Below, in pieces: positions 18,910-27,086 of a DNA stretch of 64,000 bases (position 1 is the first letter of the stretch; each line of letters opens with the position of its first letter). Source of the DNA: a virus (Duplodnaviria > Caudoviricetes); IMG/VR virus record IMGVR_UViG_3300028887_000103, positions 16,373 to 80,372 of that record. The stretch is one strand, 5' to 3'. The notes beneath the pieces are model-generated. The model was not told the origin of the DNA. It ran no database searches and worked only from the letters and a program-made list of their open reading frames with translations. The translations under genes were made by a program, and so were the position numbers.

Positions 18910-19350
18910 TTAAAGAGTTTTGCCGTTGAACTTGATTGAAATACTCCTAGATTTTTTTACATCAAAACCAGCAGGAGGATTGAGACCTGCCTTTAGATAA
19001 TTGCTAACTAACTTGGTGTTAGGTATTCTTTGATAAAACTTGCCATTCGGTGCTTGGAAAACATTATCCACTTGAACTGTCGTGGTGTATTCTTCTGGGA
19101 CTTGTGTTTCGTCTGACACAACAACCGTGTTCCTATCTGTGATTGAAATGTCTAAAGTATTATCCCCAAGAGAAATGCTTTCTTTGACTTTGCCAGTGGT
19201 TTCTTCTTTTAACCGTTTCTTTAACTCCTCTATTTCGGCTTTGGTTTGGTTATAGAAATCAATCTGGGCTTTGACCTGTTCTGATACTTGTTGGAGTTGC
19301 GATTCCAACTTTAAGATTGACAATGCTGTTTCTTTGTTTTGCTCGTTCAT
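18910..19350 (-). CDS. Siphovirus Gp157-like coiled-coil protein
   Basis: N-terminal coiled coil, then 'VVVSDETQVPEEY'; next to exonuclease and annealase. Confidence 0.5.
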   Translation of the reverse strand: MNEQNKETALSILKLESQLQQVSEQVKAQIDFYNQTKAEIEELKKRLKEETTGKVKESISLGDNTLDISITDRNTVVVSDETQVPEEYTTTVQVDNVFQAPNGKFYQRIPNTKLVSNYLKAGLNPPAGFDVKKSRSISIKFNGKTL

Positions 19351-19361
19351 AACTAACCTTT

Positions 19362-19937
19362 CTAGAATGTGATTTTACTAGGGTCAAGTCCTGAAAAGAT
19401 GGATTCAAACTTATCTTGAAAATCTTTCATTGGATAAATTCGGTGAACAAACATTGCGTCCTTTAAGTTATCCACATCTGGATTGTAAAGAACCAAGTCA
19501 TTCCAATCTCGTTCAGTGACCCATAACTGATATTGAATCTGGCAGATAATATGAGGGTCTAGGTTCTGGTTTACTTCATAATGCCGTTTCAAACTAAAGC
19601 ACTTGACTTCAACCATTCCGTCTTTGTTGACTAGTCCGTCTGGGCTACACCCTACAAAAGGATGTTTGTCGTTGATGACAAAACCTACATCTGTGGTAGG
19701 AGAATAAATTTCAGAGTAAATCTCTTTTGCTTCTGGCTCTAGTTTATGCCCTCGTTCTGTCCAGTAGTTGCCTCTGAATGCGTTGGTCTGTGGAGCGTTC
19801 TTATGTCTTAAGATTTCTTGAACTGATGCTCCGTTGATAAGACCATAAGCGTCAGTTGCCGAGATGTATTTTGCTCTTAAGTCCAACCATTCTTGGCTTC
19901 CTTGTGGCACCTTGTCACTTGGAATAATGGTAATCAT
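19362..19937 (-). CDS. YqaJ/lambda-exonuclease-like recombination nuclease
   Basis: QGSQEWLDLR, GHKLE, GCSPDGLV, EVKC and QIQYQL motifs. Confidence 0.9.
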   Translation of the reverse strand: MITIIPSDKVPQGSQEWLDLRAKYISATDAYGLINGASVQEILRHKNAPQTNAFRGNYWTERGHKLEPEAKEIYSEIYSPTTDVGFVINDKHPFVGCSPDGLVNKDGMVEVKCFSLKRHYEVNQNLDPHIICQIQYQLWVTERDWNDLVLYNPDVDNLKDAMFVHRIYPMKDFQDKFESIFSGLDPSKITF

Positions 19938-20536
19938 TAAGATTCACCCTTGATAGCATTAACGATTGCTTGCTTTTTGCTTTTGCTAGTTCTAATCTTT
20001 TCTGCCATTTCTGGAGATAGATAAGTATAAACTATCTGATTATCGTCAGGTAACTTGGTATTGATAATCTGCAAAGCACTAATGTTACCGGCCTCGTCAT
20101 AAGCAATCTTGGCAACTTCAAAGTTTGCGTCTGGGTAAAACTTCCCATTGCGAGAAGTATTATTATACTTGCTAGATGGCACCCAGATGAATGGGGAAGT
20201 ATAAAGTTCTCTACCTATACCCCAGTTGACACAGGCTCTTTTGAATGAGTCAGATGCGATGCCCTTTTCTTTTTCGGTGTTGGATTCTGTGCCGACATCT
20301 TCTTTTTCTATCCACTGATTTTTCATTTTGTCCCAGATAGATACAATACAGTTAGCATTGTCCCTAGAATGATGTCTTTGCCAGTTTCTACTCCCAACCG
20401 TTTCGTCCAAGATGTTCATATCACATCTAGCGTCTTTGTAGAGTAAGAGTGTGCAACCCTTTTCTTTTGATATTCCGACCCGACATTCAATTTCGTCGGC
20501 TCGTAGTTTGCGAAACTTTAACGAATCGTCTTGCAT
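19937..20536 (-). CDS. Sak/Rad52-like single-strand annealing protein
   Basis: LLYKDAR...LDETVG and ASDSFKRACVNWGIGRELY motifs. Confidence 0.85.
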   Translation of the reverse strand: MQDDSLKFRKLRADEIECRVGISKEKGCTLLLYKDARCDMNILDETVGSRNWQRHHSRDNANCIVSIWDKMKNQWIEKEDVGTESNTEKEKGIASDSFKRACVNWGIGRELYTSPFIWVPSSKYNNTSRNGKFYPDANFEVAKIAYDEAGNISALQIINTKLPDDNQIVYTYLSPEMAEKIRTSKSKKQAIVNAIKGES

Positions 20537-20570
20537 TTTTTGCCTCCTTTTTGTTAAATTCTATACCCTT

Positions 20571-20637
20571 ATTATAAAACTAAAACTTCAAAAAGTCAAT
20601 AGAAACTCGTGTAATTTTCTGCATTTCATATTATAAT
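20571..20637. promoter_or_regulatory. Divergent promoter pair (recombination operon vs replication gene)
   Basis: Minus strand TTGACT-17-TATAAT (20571-20599); plus strand TATAAT (20632-20637). Confidence 0.7.
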
Positions 20638-20651
20638 AGGGTTATGGAAAA

Positions 20652-21722
20652 GTGGAGGTAAGCACATTTCCAAGAAAGGAGTTAAGAGTGGGGAATGAAG
20701 AACAAAAACGGAGTAAAATTTCGGTCATCAATGAGGAAATATTGAGTGACAAAAATCTTACGCCATCGGAAAAGATGGTGTATGCTAGAATCTGCTATTT
20801 TGAATTGTTCTTTGAAAGTCCAAAAGAAACAGCAGAGTATCTTGGCTTGAGTGAGTGGGCAGTCAAGTCGGCAAAAAGGAAACTTGAGCAATTGGGCTAC
20901 ATTATCTGTGTGCAAGATACAGGTCGTGGAAAGCAATATATTGCTGATGTCAATGTAGGTGTTGGAAATACCAATAGCAGATGTTTGGAAAAACAACATC
21001 AGGTGTTGGAAAAACCAATATCAGATGTTGGAAATAACAACATCAGATGTTTGGAAAACCAATACATAGGTAAGAATATAATAAAGAATATAGGTAAGAA
21101 AGAGAATAAGAAAGAAAGTGGGCGAGAGACTTTTGCTAGCATTTTGGAAGAAAAGGTGGCAGATGAAGAATTGAGGGTTCTGTTTCAAGAGTTTATCAAG
21201 ATGCGTAAGATGATTCGTGCTCCTTTAACGAATTATGCTCTTAAGTTGGCTATCAACAAAACAGAAAAGTTGTCTGGGGGTGATATTGAAAAAGCCAAGC
21301 GAATAGTGGAACAGAGTATCGAGAGGTCGTGGAAAGGTCTGTTTGATGTTCCAGATGAGGTTAAGCAAAAGTCCAATGACAATCTTTACAAGCCAAAAGA
21401 TGGAGAAGATATTTCTTATCGCAGAATGTTCGGGGTGTGGAAAAAGTTTCTAGGGTATTCAGTCAAGGAGACGAATGACAATGTTCAAGCGTGTAGAGAT
21501 TTGCTAGCAGATATAGGCGAAGAGTCACTGACACGGCTGATAGTGGCTCTGAAGATGCGAGGCGAGCACAAGTTTTTGACAAAAGAGTTGAAGTCGGTGT
21601 CAGATTTTGTCGGGTTAAAACAGAATGTTGGAGTAGTGCAGAGTTTCTATGATGAGCACTGGAAGTTCTGGAAGATGAGACAAGAGGCAGAGTCTAAAGG
21701 TAAGAAGGTTTGGGAATTGTAA
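20652..21722 (+). CDS. Phage replication initiator (N-terminal HTH, low-complexity linker, helical C-terminal domain); likely start GTG 20688
   Basis: LTPSEKMVY...TAEYLGLSEWAVKSAKRKLEQLGYI winged-HTH; 'EFIKMRKMIRAPLT...IVEQSIERSWKGLF' initiator-type domain. Confidence 0.7.
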   Translation: MEVSTFPRKELRVGNEEQKRSKISVINEEILSDKNLTPSEKMVYARICYFELFFESPKETAEYLGLSEWAVKSAKRKLEQLGYIICVQDTGRGKQYIADVNVGVGNTNSRCLEKQHQVLEKPISDVGNNNIRCLENQYIGKNIIKNIGKKENKKESGRETFASILEEKVADEELRVLFQEFIKMRKMIRAPLTNYALKLAINKTEKLSGGDIEKAKRIVEQSIERSWKGLFDVPDEVKQKSNDNLYKPKDGEDISYRRMFGVWKKFLGYSVKETNDNVQACRDLLADIGEESLTRLIVALKMRGEHKFLTKELKSVSDFVGLKQNVGVVQSFYDEHWKFWKMRQEAESKGKKVWEL

Positions 21723-21763
21723 AATTCGGGAAAATGAATTATAATTAAGAAAAGGAGTAACAG

Positions 21764-22132
21764 ATGTCTAAAGTCGTAGGAATCTTACTTAAAAACAACA
21801 AGGTAGATAGTCTTGGAGTCAAGCAGTGGCTTTATGTCACAAAAGATAAGTTTGACAAAATGATGGAATCTCAACTTGACCCAGAAATGCGTGGCTTTAG
21901 ATGGGCTGTGAAAGATGTCACTTTTACAATGGCTGATATTGCAGAAACAAAGGAAATGGATGATGATTACGCTAGAACATTGCCAACTTGGGGAAAGTAT
22001 ATCGAAGAAAGAGTGCAAGAGCAGAAACTTCTGGAAGCAAAGCAACAAGAGAGTTTGAATCCAGAAGGGTTGAAAAAGTTAGAAGAGATGAAGGCTAATT
22101 TTAGGCTTAACAAGGGGGTAAATGATAACTAG
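21764..22132 (+). CDS. Hypothetical protein
   Basis: SD AAAGGAG. Confidence 0.7.
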   Translation: MSKVVGILLKNNKVDSLGVKQWLYVTKDKFDKMMESQLDPEMRGFRWAVKDVTFTMADIAETKEMDDDYARTLPTWGKYIEERVQEQKLLEAKQQESLNPEGLKKLEEMKANFRLNKGVNDN

Positions 22133-22466
22133 GTATTTTGATAAGAATGGGCAGGAGTTGAAAGTGCCAATCAACCCAGCACATCTTTGGACGAATAATG
22201 CAAAAGATAACAGACCACCTGATTATGTGATAATTAAACAGAATGAAGTAGAAGAAATGTTGACCGACCCCTACGGACAATCAACAATGATAAGACACTT
22301 GAGTGAACCAGTAGAAGAAGTCTACTGTCGTTGGCAGTGGGATAGTGGAACTTGGTATCACCTGATTTGTATGGTAGTTCGAGGGAATCAAGTTATAATA
22401 GACCGAAGACCAAACGGATGGAGTTTCTATGAAGAGTTCCAGAAACATAGACCGAGGTTTCGATGA
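22122..22466 (+). CDS. Hypothetical protein
   Basis: Coupled ORF. Confidence 0.65.
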   Translation: MITRYFDKNGQELKVPINPAHLWTNNAKDNRPPDYVIIKQNEVEEMLTDPYGQSTMIRHLSEPVEEVYCRWQWDSGTWYHLICMVVRGNQVIIDRRPNGWSFYEEFQKHRPRFR

Positions 22467-22684
22467 AACAGGAGGAATGGCCAATGACAAAATTGCCAGA
22501 ATATTATAGTGTCCCGATACAATGCGTTAACTGTGGCAGTAAATTCATAGATGACGACCCAGGGTATTATTCTGACCCAGGAGTTATCGGGGAAGCAATA
22601 AATATAAAGAAAGGAATGAAAATCTGCGAAGTTGAATGTCCACTCTGCGGATGTCTAACACTAGCGAGATGGAGGGTAAGATGA
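22463..22684 (+). CDS. Zinc-ribbon hypothetical protein
   Basis: CVNC and CPLCGC motifs. Confidence 0.6.
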   Translation: MKQEEWPMTKLPEYYSVPIQCVNCGSKFIDDDPGYYSDPGVIGEAINIKKGMKICEVECPLCGCLTLARWRVR

Positions 22685-23493
22685 GTCAAAGAGATAAAGC
22701 AAAAGTTATTCTGGAAGAATTGAAAAACAGAGGATTCCATCCAGAGGGAGTTAAATATCAGGGTGGCTACTTCCTGTTTGATTTCGGAAAAGATATGGTC
22801 GTTCATTTTCGGCTAAAAGAGTGTAAAGGTTGGCTGTTTGCTATCTGGTGGAATGTAGATGACAAAAATCAATTCGACTTCTTTACTCAATTTGAAAAGA
22901 ATATAGATAAGTTCAAGCCGACTGCTTCTAATTTTGTCCAAACCGATATATCTTATGCGAAAAAGGATGCCCGCTCTATCGTAGATTTCTATCTTCTGCC
23001 GATAATAAAGTTTATTCGGAATCATAAATATGTGGCTTGGTGCTATGACAATTACTATTACCTCAAGAGTTGGCAGTATATGACAGGTTTCGAGGCTTGG
23101 CGTGAATATACAAAATACAGTCTGAAATATTACAGGTTGAAACCGTTGGTAGAAAAAAGAATGGTAAAGCGATGGAAGAAGATTATGCGAGGGATTTGCG
23201 ACCAAGAACTAGAGAATTATGCCATCGTGGATGATAATGTTGGCGGGGTAATCTGCTATCCGAGATTTCATATTGTCTGCGAAAACTTTAAGGAGGAAAA
23301 AGTAGAGAAAGGTTACTGGACACTTGAGATAGATGAACAAGATGTCAAACTAAAAAAGAAGATTGATAGGTTCAACAAAAAACTAAAAAGAATGCAGAAG
23401 AGATTCGGGCATATGTTTGATGTGGATGAAATCAGAACTCATATCGGAGTTGTCGTAAATGGAAAGAGACTTGTAAAACAGAAGAAGAAATAG
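22681..23493 (+). CDS. Hypothetical protein (start re-called to 22681)
   Basis: GGAGG SD; ATGA overlap with the previous stop. Confidence 0.7.
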   Translation: MSQRDKAKVILEELKNRGFHPEGVKYQGGYFLFDFGKDMVVHFRLKECKGWLFAIWWNVDDKNQFDFFTQFEKNIDKFKPTASNFVQTDISYAKKDARSIVDFYLLPIIKFIRNHKYVAWCYDNYYYLKSWQYMTGFEAWREYTKYSLKYYRLKPLVEKRMVKRWKKIMRGICDQELENYAIVDDNVGGVICYPRFHIVCENFKEEKVEKGYWTLEIDEQDVKLKKKIDRFNKKLKRMQKRFGHMFDVDEIRTHIGVVVNGKRLVKQKKK

Positions 23494-23596
23494 TATAATT
23501 AAATTGAGGACAGTGGTTCATTGGTTCTGTCCTCCAGTTTAGGTGCATTACCGGGGCTAGTCAATTCCTTTCGGCTAGTCCCGTCAAGGAGAAAAG

Positions 23597-23758
23597 ATGA
23601 TTACAATAGGTATAATGATAATCGGTTTAGGAATAGGACTTATCTGCTTTGCTTTACTCCTCATCGGTGGGTTTGTCGGAATCTGTCTAATACCAGTTGC
23701 TATAGTTCTGTGTCTATTGAAGGCTCTGTGGAAAATGACTTTTGACAAAGAAAACTGA
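23597..23758 (+). CDS. 53-aa very hydrophobic membrane protein (not in ORF track)
   Basis: SD AAGGAG; MITIGIMIIGLGIGLICFALLLIGGFVGICLIPVAIVLCLLKALWKMTFDKEN. Confidence 0.7.
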   Translation: MITIGIMIIGLGIGLICFALLLIGGFVGICLIPVAIVLCLLKALWKMTFDKEN

Positions 23759-23770
23759 CCTTGCTATAAT
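23742..23770 (+). promoter_or_regulatory. Consensus promoter upstream of the RNA island
   Basis: TTGACA-17 nt-TATAAT with TG extension. Confidence 0.85.
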
Positions 23771-23789
23771 TAAAATACGCATAACAAAC

Positions 23790-24075
23790 AAGCCCATTAA
23801 AAAGTGAGTAGGTTGATAATATCGGTTTGATGATGCCGAGGTAGCCAAAAATACTGTCGTTAAGAAGATACGAGATGGGTGGATGGTGACGGCGAAGAAT
23901 ATCACCACGAGTCCCCAATCCAGAGGTTTAGAAGAGAGATTCGCCAAGAATATAGTTCGGTGACGCTAAACCAAACCGTGAGAACGGAGTTGCAAGGACA
24001 GTAACCTTACAAGCCGAACCAACCAATACTAATTGCCAGCACGGGTGAAGTTATGTTTGATTGAAATGCTGGCAT
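23790..24075 (+). ncRNA. Candidate structured ncRNA 1 (upstream of tRNA)
   Basis: No credible ORF; nested helices (TCGGTTT/AAGCCGA, GGCGAA/TTCGCC, CCGT-GAGA-ACGG, TGCCAGCA/TGCTGGCA); boundaries approximate. Confidence 0.55.
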
Positions 24076-24077
24076 AT

Positions 24078-24153
24078 TGTGGGGAGATGCGGAAGTCGCA
24101 TACTGGCCTCATAAACCAGTTGTTAGTAGGAGCGTTACCTGCCCCCACAACCA
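24078..24153 (+). tRNA. tRNA with CAT anticodon (Met or Ile2) and non-canonical T-loop
   Basis: 76 nt; acceptor TGTGGGG/CCCCACA; encoded ACCA end; D-stem ATGC/GCAT; anticodon loop CTCATAA; T-stem GTAGG/CCTGC with loop AGCGTTA. Confidence 0.8.
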
Positions 24154-24155
24154 TA

Positions 24156-24185
24156 TTGACAATGAAAATATGAATGTGCTATAAT
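24156..24185 (+). promoter_or_regulatory. Promoter for ncRNA 2
   Basis: TTGACA-18 nt-TATAAT with TG extension. Confidence 0.75.
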
Positions 24186-24191
24186 GTAAGC

Positions 24192-24468
24192 AGATTCGGA
24201 CTCGTGCGTCGTGCACGAAGAAAAAGCACCTTTCAGTTGTGGCAGTAGTAGCATAATAAACCCCCCAAGACGGTTAATGCTGAATGTAAATCCGAGAGGA
24301 ATATATCTGGGAGGCGATAAGCCGAAGGATGAACTGCAGAAATGTTTACATTTGAAAATCGGGCTTAAAATATATGGAAAATGCAACACGAAGCCTTGGA
24401 GCCCGTCAATGTAGAGACACTGGCGAGAGTTAGTTCCTACCTACTGTCATAACTGAAGGGTGTTTTTT
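24192..24468 (+). ncRNA. Candidate structured ncRNA 2 closed by a 28-bp helix
   Basis: 24221-24248 pairs fully with 24441-24468 (24 Watson-Crick + 4 G-U); interior has GAGA tetraloop hairpins; ends in a T tract. Confidence 0.7.
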
Positions 24469-24486
24469 GTGTTATAATTTGGATGA

Positions 24487-24593
24487 GGGGCTGACAGGAT
24501 TAGAATCTTAAAGAATGTTACGGACGAAAAAGGGTTTGAAAATAAGTCTGGAGTACTTAAGATGACGTGGTTTCGACACCACCAGCTCCACCA
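24487..24593 (+). ncRNA. Minimal tmRNA-like RNA (tRNA-like domain only, 107 nt)
   Basis: 5' GGGGCTG pairs with CAGCTCC-A-CCA (G3-U70 alanine identity); D-arm-less 5' segment; P2-like helix ATCTTAA/TTAAGAT; GAC-GTGGT-TTCGAC-ACCAC T arm; own TGTTATAAT -10 just upstream. Confidence 0.8.
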
Positions 24594-24606
24594 GGAGGAG
24601 AGGAAT

Positions 24607-25170
24607 ATGGGAAGACCGAAGATTAGAGAGGATTGTTCTGTTACTGGTTGTGACAAGCCCTATTTTGGTAGAGGCTACTGTGTTATGCATTATGCTCGTT
24701 GGAAGAAAAATGGAGATACTGGACCAATAGGAAAGTATGGACAAAGGAGAAAAGTTTTTAGGACAGAAGACCACCCACTTTATGAAACTTATAGAGGTAT
24801 GGTAAAAAGATGTTGTTTGAAGACGCATATTCACTATAAAGATTATGGCGGTAGGGGTATTAAGGTTTGCGATAGATGGTTAGGTAAAAATGGGTTTGAT
24901 AATTTTATTGAAGATATGGGTGAAAAGCCAAGCGGATACAGTTTGGATAGAATAGACAATGATGGTAATTATTGCCCAGAAAATTGTCGTTGGGCTACCC
25001 ATATAGAACAGGCTAGCAACAAACGTAACAATAAAATTATTACATATAAAGGTGAAACCCATACAGCGGCAGAGTGGAGTAGGATTCTAGGTATAAGACC
25101 AGGCACATTTTCTGAACGAAGAAGGGCATATCCTAACGACAAGGACAAATGGTTTAAGGAGTTGGTATGA
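24607..25170 (+). CDS. HNH homing-type endonuclease (start re-called to 24607)
   Basis: CSVTGC...GYCVMHY N-terminal motif; [12 protein letters not shown]; [20 protein letters not shown]...QASNKR; SD GGAGGAG right after the RNA's CCA. Confidence 0.9.
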   Translation: MGRPKIREDCSVTGCDKPYFGRGYCVMHYARWKKNGDTGPIGKYGQRRKVFRTEDHPLYETYRGMVKRCCLKTHIHYKDYGGRGIKVCDRWLGKNGFDNFIEDMGEKPSGYSLDRIDNDGNYCPENCRWATHIEQASNKRNNKIITYKGETHTAAEWSRILGIRPGTFSERRRAYPNDKDKWFKELV

Positions 25171-25463
25171 GAAATCGTCTTTTTCAACAAAAAGATATTT
25201 ACAATAATCGTGAGTATGTCTTAAAATCTAGGGCACGACAAGGCGATTGTTTATGGTGTTATCCGAATCATAATGAAAATCGTAGAGGACATAAGAGTAG
25301 ATGGGGTAGAAAAGTGGCTTCCAGACGACAATACACCACGGGAAAAGGCAGAAAAGAAGTAGATTGGACTAAACACCCATACTGGGATTTATGGGATGAA
25401 CATTACGAAAGGAGAAACAAAGGTGTTAAACACGACCTTTATCTTGCCTGGGAATGTGCCTAG
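25167..25463 (+). CDS. Small basic hypothetical protein
   Basis: ATGA-coupled ORF. Confidence 0.55.
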   Translation: MRNRLFQQKDIYNNREYVLKSRARQGDCLWCYPNHNENRRGHKSRWGRKVASRRQYTTGKGRKEVDWTKHPYWDLWDEHYERRNKGVKHDLYLAWECA

Positions 25464-25803
25464 CAAGAAGAATTCAAGACAAGTATTCGTTAAGCACGGT
25501 AGAATTACAAACATTCCGTCAAAACGATACAAAGAGTGGCACGACCAAGCAATGACAATACTAGACGGGTTTGGACGATTAAACCCTCCTTATGAAATAA
25601 TCTTGACTTTCTGGATGAAAGATAATCGCAGGTGTGATTTAGATAATAAGTTGGCTAGCGTTCTAGATTTATTTCAGGATGCTGGAATCATTGAAGATGA
25701 CTGTTGGCAAAAACTAACTAGTATCAAAGCAAACGCAGGTGGAATAAGTAGAGATGCTCCACGGGTTAAGGTAGAAATACATTCAGGGCTTGACAAAACA
25801 TAA
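25423..25803 (+). CDS. rusA: RusA-like Holliday junction resolvase (start re-called to GTG 25423)
   Basis: VPSKKN, RRCDLDNKLASVLDLFQDAGIIEDD motif with catalytic Asp residues. Confidence 0.85.
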   Translation: MLNTTFILPGNVPSKKNSRQVFVKHGRITNIPSKRYKEWHDQAMTILDGFGRLNPPYEIILTFWMKDNRRCDLDNKLASVLDLFQDAGIIEDDCWQKLTSIKANAGGISRDAPRVKVEIHSGLDKT

Positions 25804-25841
25804 AGAGTTTGCTATAAAGAGGGAAATAGGAGGTTGAAAAG

Positions 25842-26666
25842 TTGAAGACTGATTTTCGAAGAGATGCTAAAGTGCTGTTCTATGATTTAGAAGTAGCACC
25901 AAGACTAGGTTATTACTACGGCGCTTATGAAGTTACACCAATCAAGGAGGTTAGACCTCCGATTTTGCTTTCTGTGGCTTGGAAATGGCTTGGGGATAAA
26001 AAGGCTCATTGTCTAACACTTTATGATAGGCCGACAGTTGACCCATACAATGACAAACTACTAGTAAACGAACTGTGGAATCTTTTGGACGAGTGTCAGA
26101 TAGCGGTAGGGCATAATTCCAAACGATTTGATGATAAAATGGCTAACTACTTCTTTATTAAGCACGATATGACACCTCCAAGTCCGTTCAAGGAGTTTGA
26201 CACTTTGCAGACTGCTAAAAAGTATTTCAAATTCGATTGCAACAAACTTGACTATCTGGGTAAAATGCTTGTCGGGGAAGGGAAAACAGAAGTCACTTAT
26301 GGAGATGTCTGGGAGGAGTTGCTAGAAGGGAATAGAAAAGAGAGAAAGAAAGCGTCTGATTTGATGGCTGAATACAATATCAGAGATGTGGAAGTTCTTG
26401 AAAAAATATATCTTAAGATGTTGCCGTGGGCTACTAATCACCCGAATATGGCTCTTTATGCTGGGCAAGAGCACATCTGTCCAAGATGTGGAAATGATAG
26501 CGAGTTCCAAGTCAAGAGTTATCGGAGAACAGGTGTCCAGATTAACGCTATTCAATATCAATGTAAGAAATGTGGTGGCTATGTCACTAGAGTTTTGACA
26601 AAAGAAGAACGGGAGGAACTCAAAGAAGAGGGCAAACTCAAGCCAATTTTCAGAAATGTGGTATAA
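25842..26666 (+). CDS. DnaQ/RNase H-like 3'-5' exonuclease with C-terminal zinc ribbon
   Basis: YDLEV, GHNSKRFDD, NKLDYL and YNIRDVEVLE motifs; CPRC...CKKC. Confidence 0.8.
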   Translation: MKTDFRRDAKVLFYDLEVAPRLGYYYGAYEVTPIKEVRPPILLSVAWKWLGDKKAHCLTLYDRPTVDPYNDKLLVNELWNLLDECQIAVGHNSKRFDDKMANYFFIKHDMTPPSPFKEFDTLQTAKKYFKFDCNKLDYLGKMLVGEGKTEVTYGDVWEELLEGNRKERKKASDLMAEYNIRDVEVLEKIYLKMLPWATNHPNMALYAGQEHICPRCGNDSEFQVKSYRRTGVQINAIQYQCKKCGGYVTRVLTKEEREELKEEGKLKPIFRNVV

Positions 26667-26784
26667 TATAAGCAAGATAAACTGGGCAAGGTATGGATAA
26701 AGAAACTAAACGAGTATTAAACCTACTAGAAGAAGAACTAAAGAATACGAACAAGAACGAAGCGTAGGTAGGTTCCAGTTTATT

Positions 26785-26810
26785 AAAAAGGAGTCAGAAG
26801 GCTCTTTTTT
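26785..26810 (+). terminator. Intrinsic terminator
   Basis: AAAAAGGAGTC-AGAA-GGCTCTTTTTT. Confidence 0.65.
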
Positions 26811-26831
26811 TCTTGTGATATAATCAGGCTA

Positions 26832-27086
26832 ATGAAAAAAATAATCCGAAAAAGTAAACTCGGATGGGTCTTGACAGATGATTCAATTACAGTGTTCGAC
26901 CGATTACAGGCTACAGTCTATCATACTTACGACTTGACAAACAGGCAACCGTTTGATGTGATGAAATACAAGATATTGAAATCTAAACCAGAAGAGTATA
27001 ACTCTTGGGTGGATGTTCTAGATTTAGCAGTTAAACAAGGAATACGAGGATATGGAACAAGAATGCCAGAGTTGGAAGAGTCTTGA
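26832..27086 (+). CDS. Hypothetical protein (probably leaderless)
   Basis: TGATATAAT 7 nt before the ATG; no SD. Confidence 0.65.
   Translation: MKKIIRKSKLGWVLTDDSITVFDRLQATVYHTYDLTNRQPFDVMKYKILKSKPEEYNSWVDVLDLAVKQGIRGYGTRMPELEES

Noticed and set aside
23827-23850. TGATGA as a hammerhead ribozyme core
   Set aside because: It is preceded by T rather than C, and no matching GAAA/cleavage-site junction was found.
24192-24468. ncRNA 2 as RNase P RNA, group I intron or retron msr-msd
   Set aside because: Fragments such as GGAAAATGCAACAC and CGGGCTTA recall RNase P, but the conserved regions are out of order and GAGGAAAGTCC is absent. No group I P7 core is recognisable, and there is no reverse transcriptase in the window.
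24135-24606. Track ORFs 24211..24414 (+), 24135..24389 (-) and the 24562 start of the HNH gene
   Set aside because: They overlap the structured RNAs and lack an SD. The HNH has a strong SD before ATG 24607.
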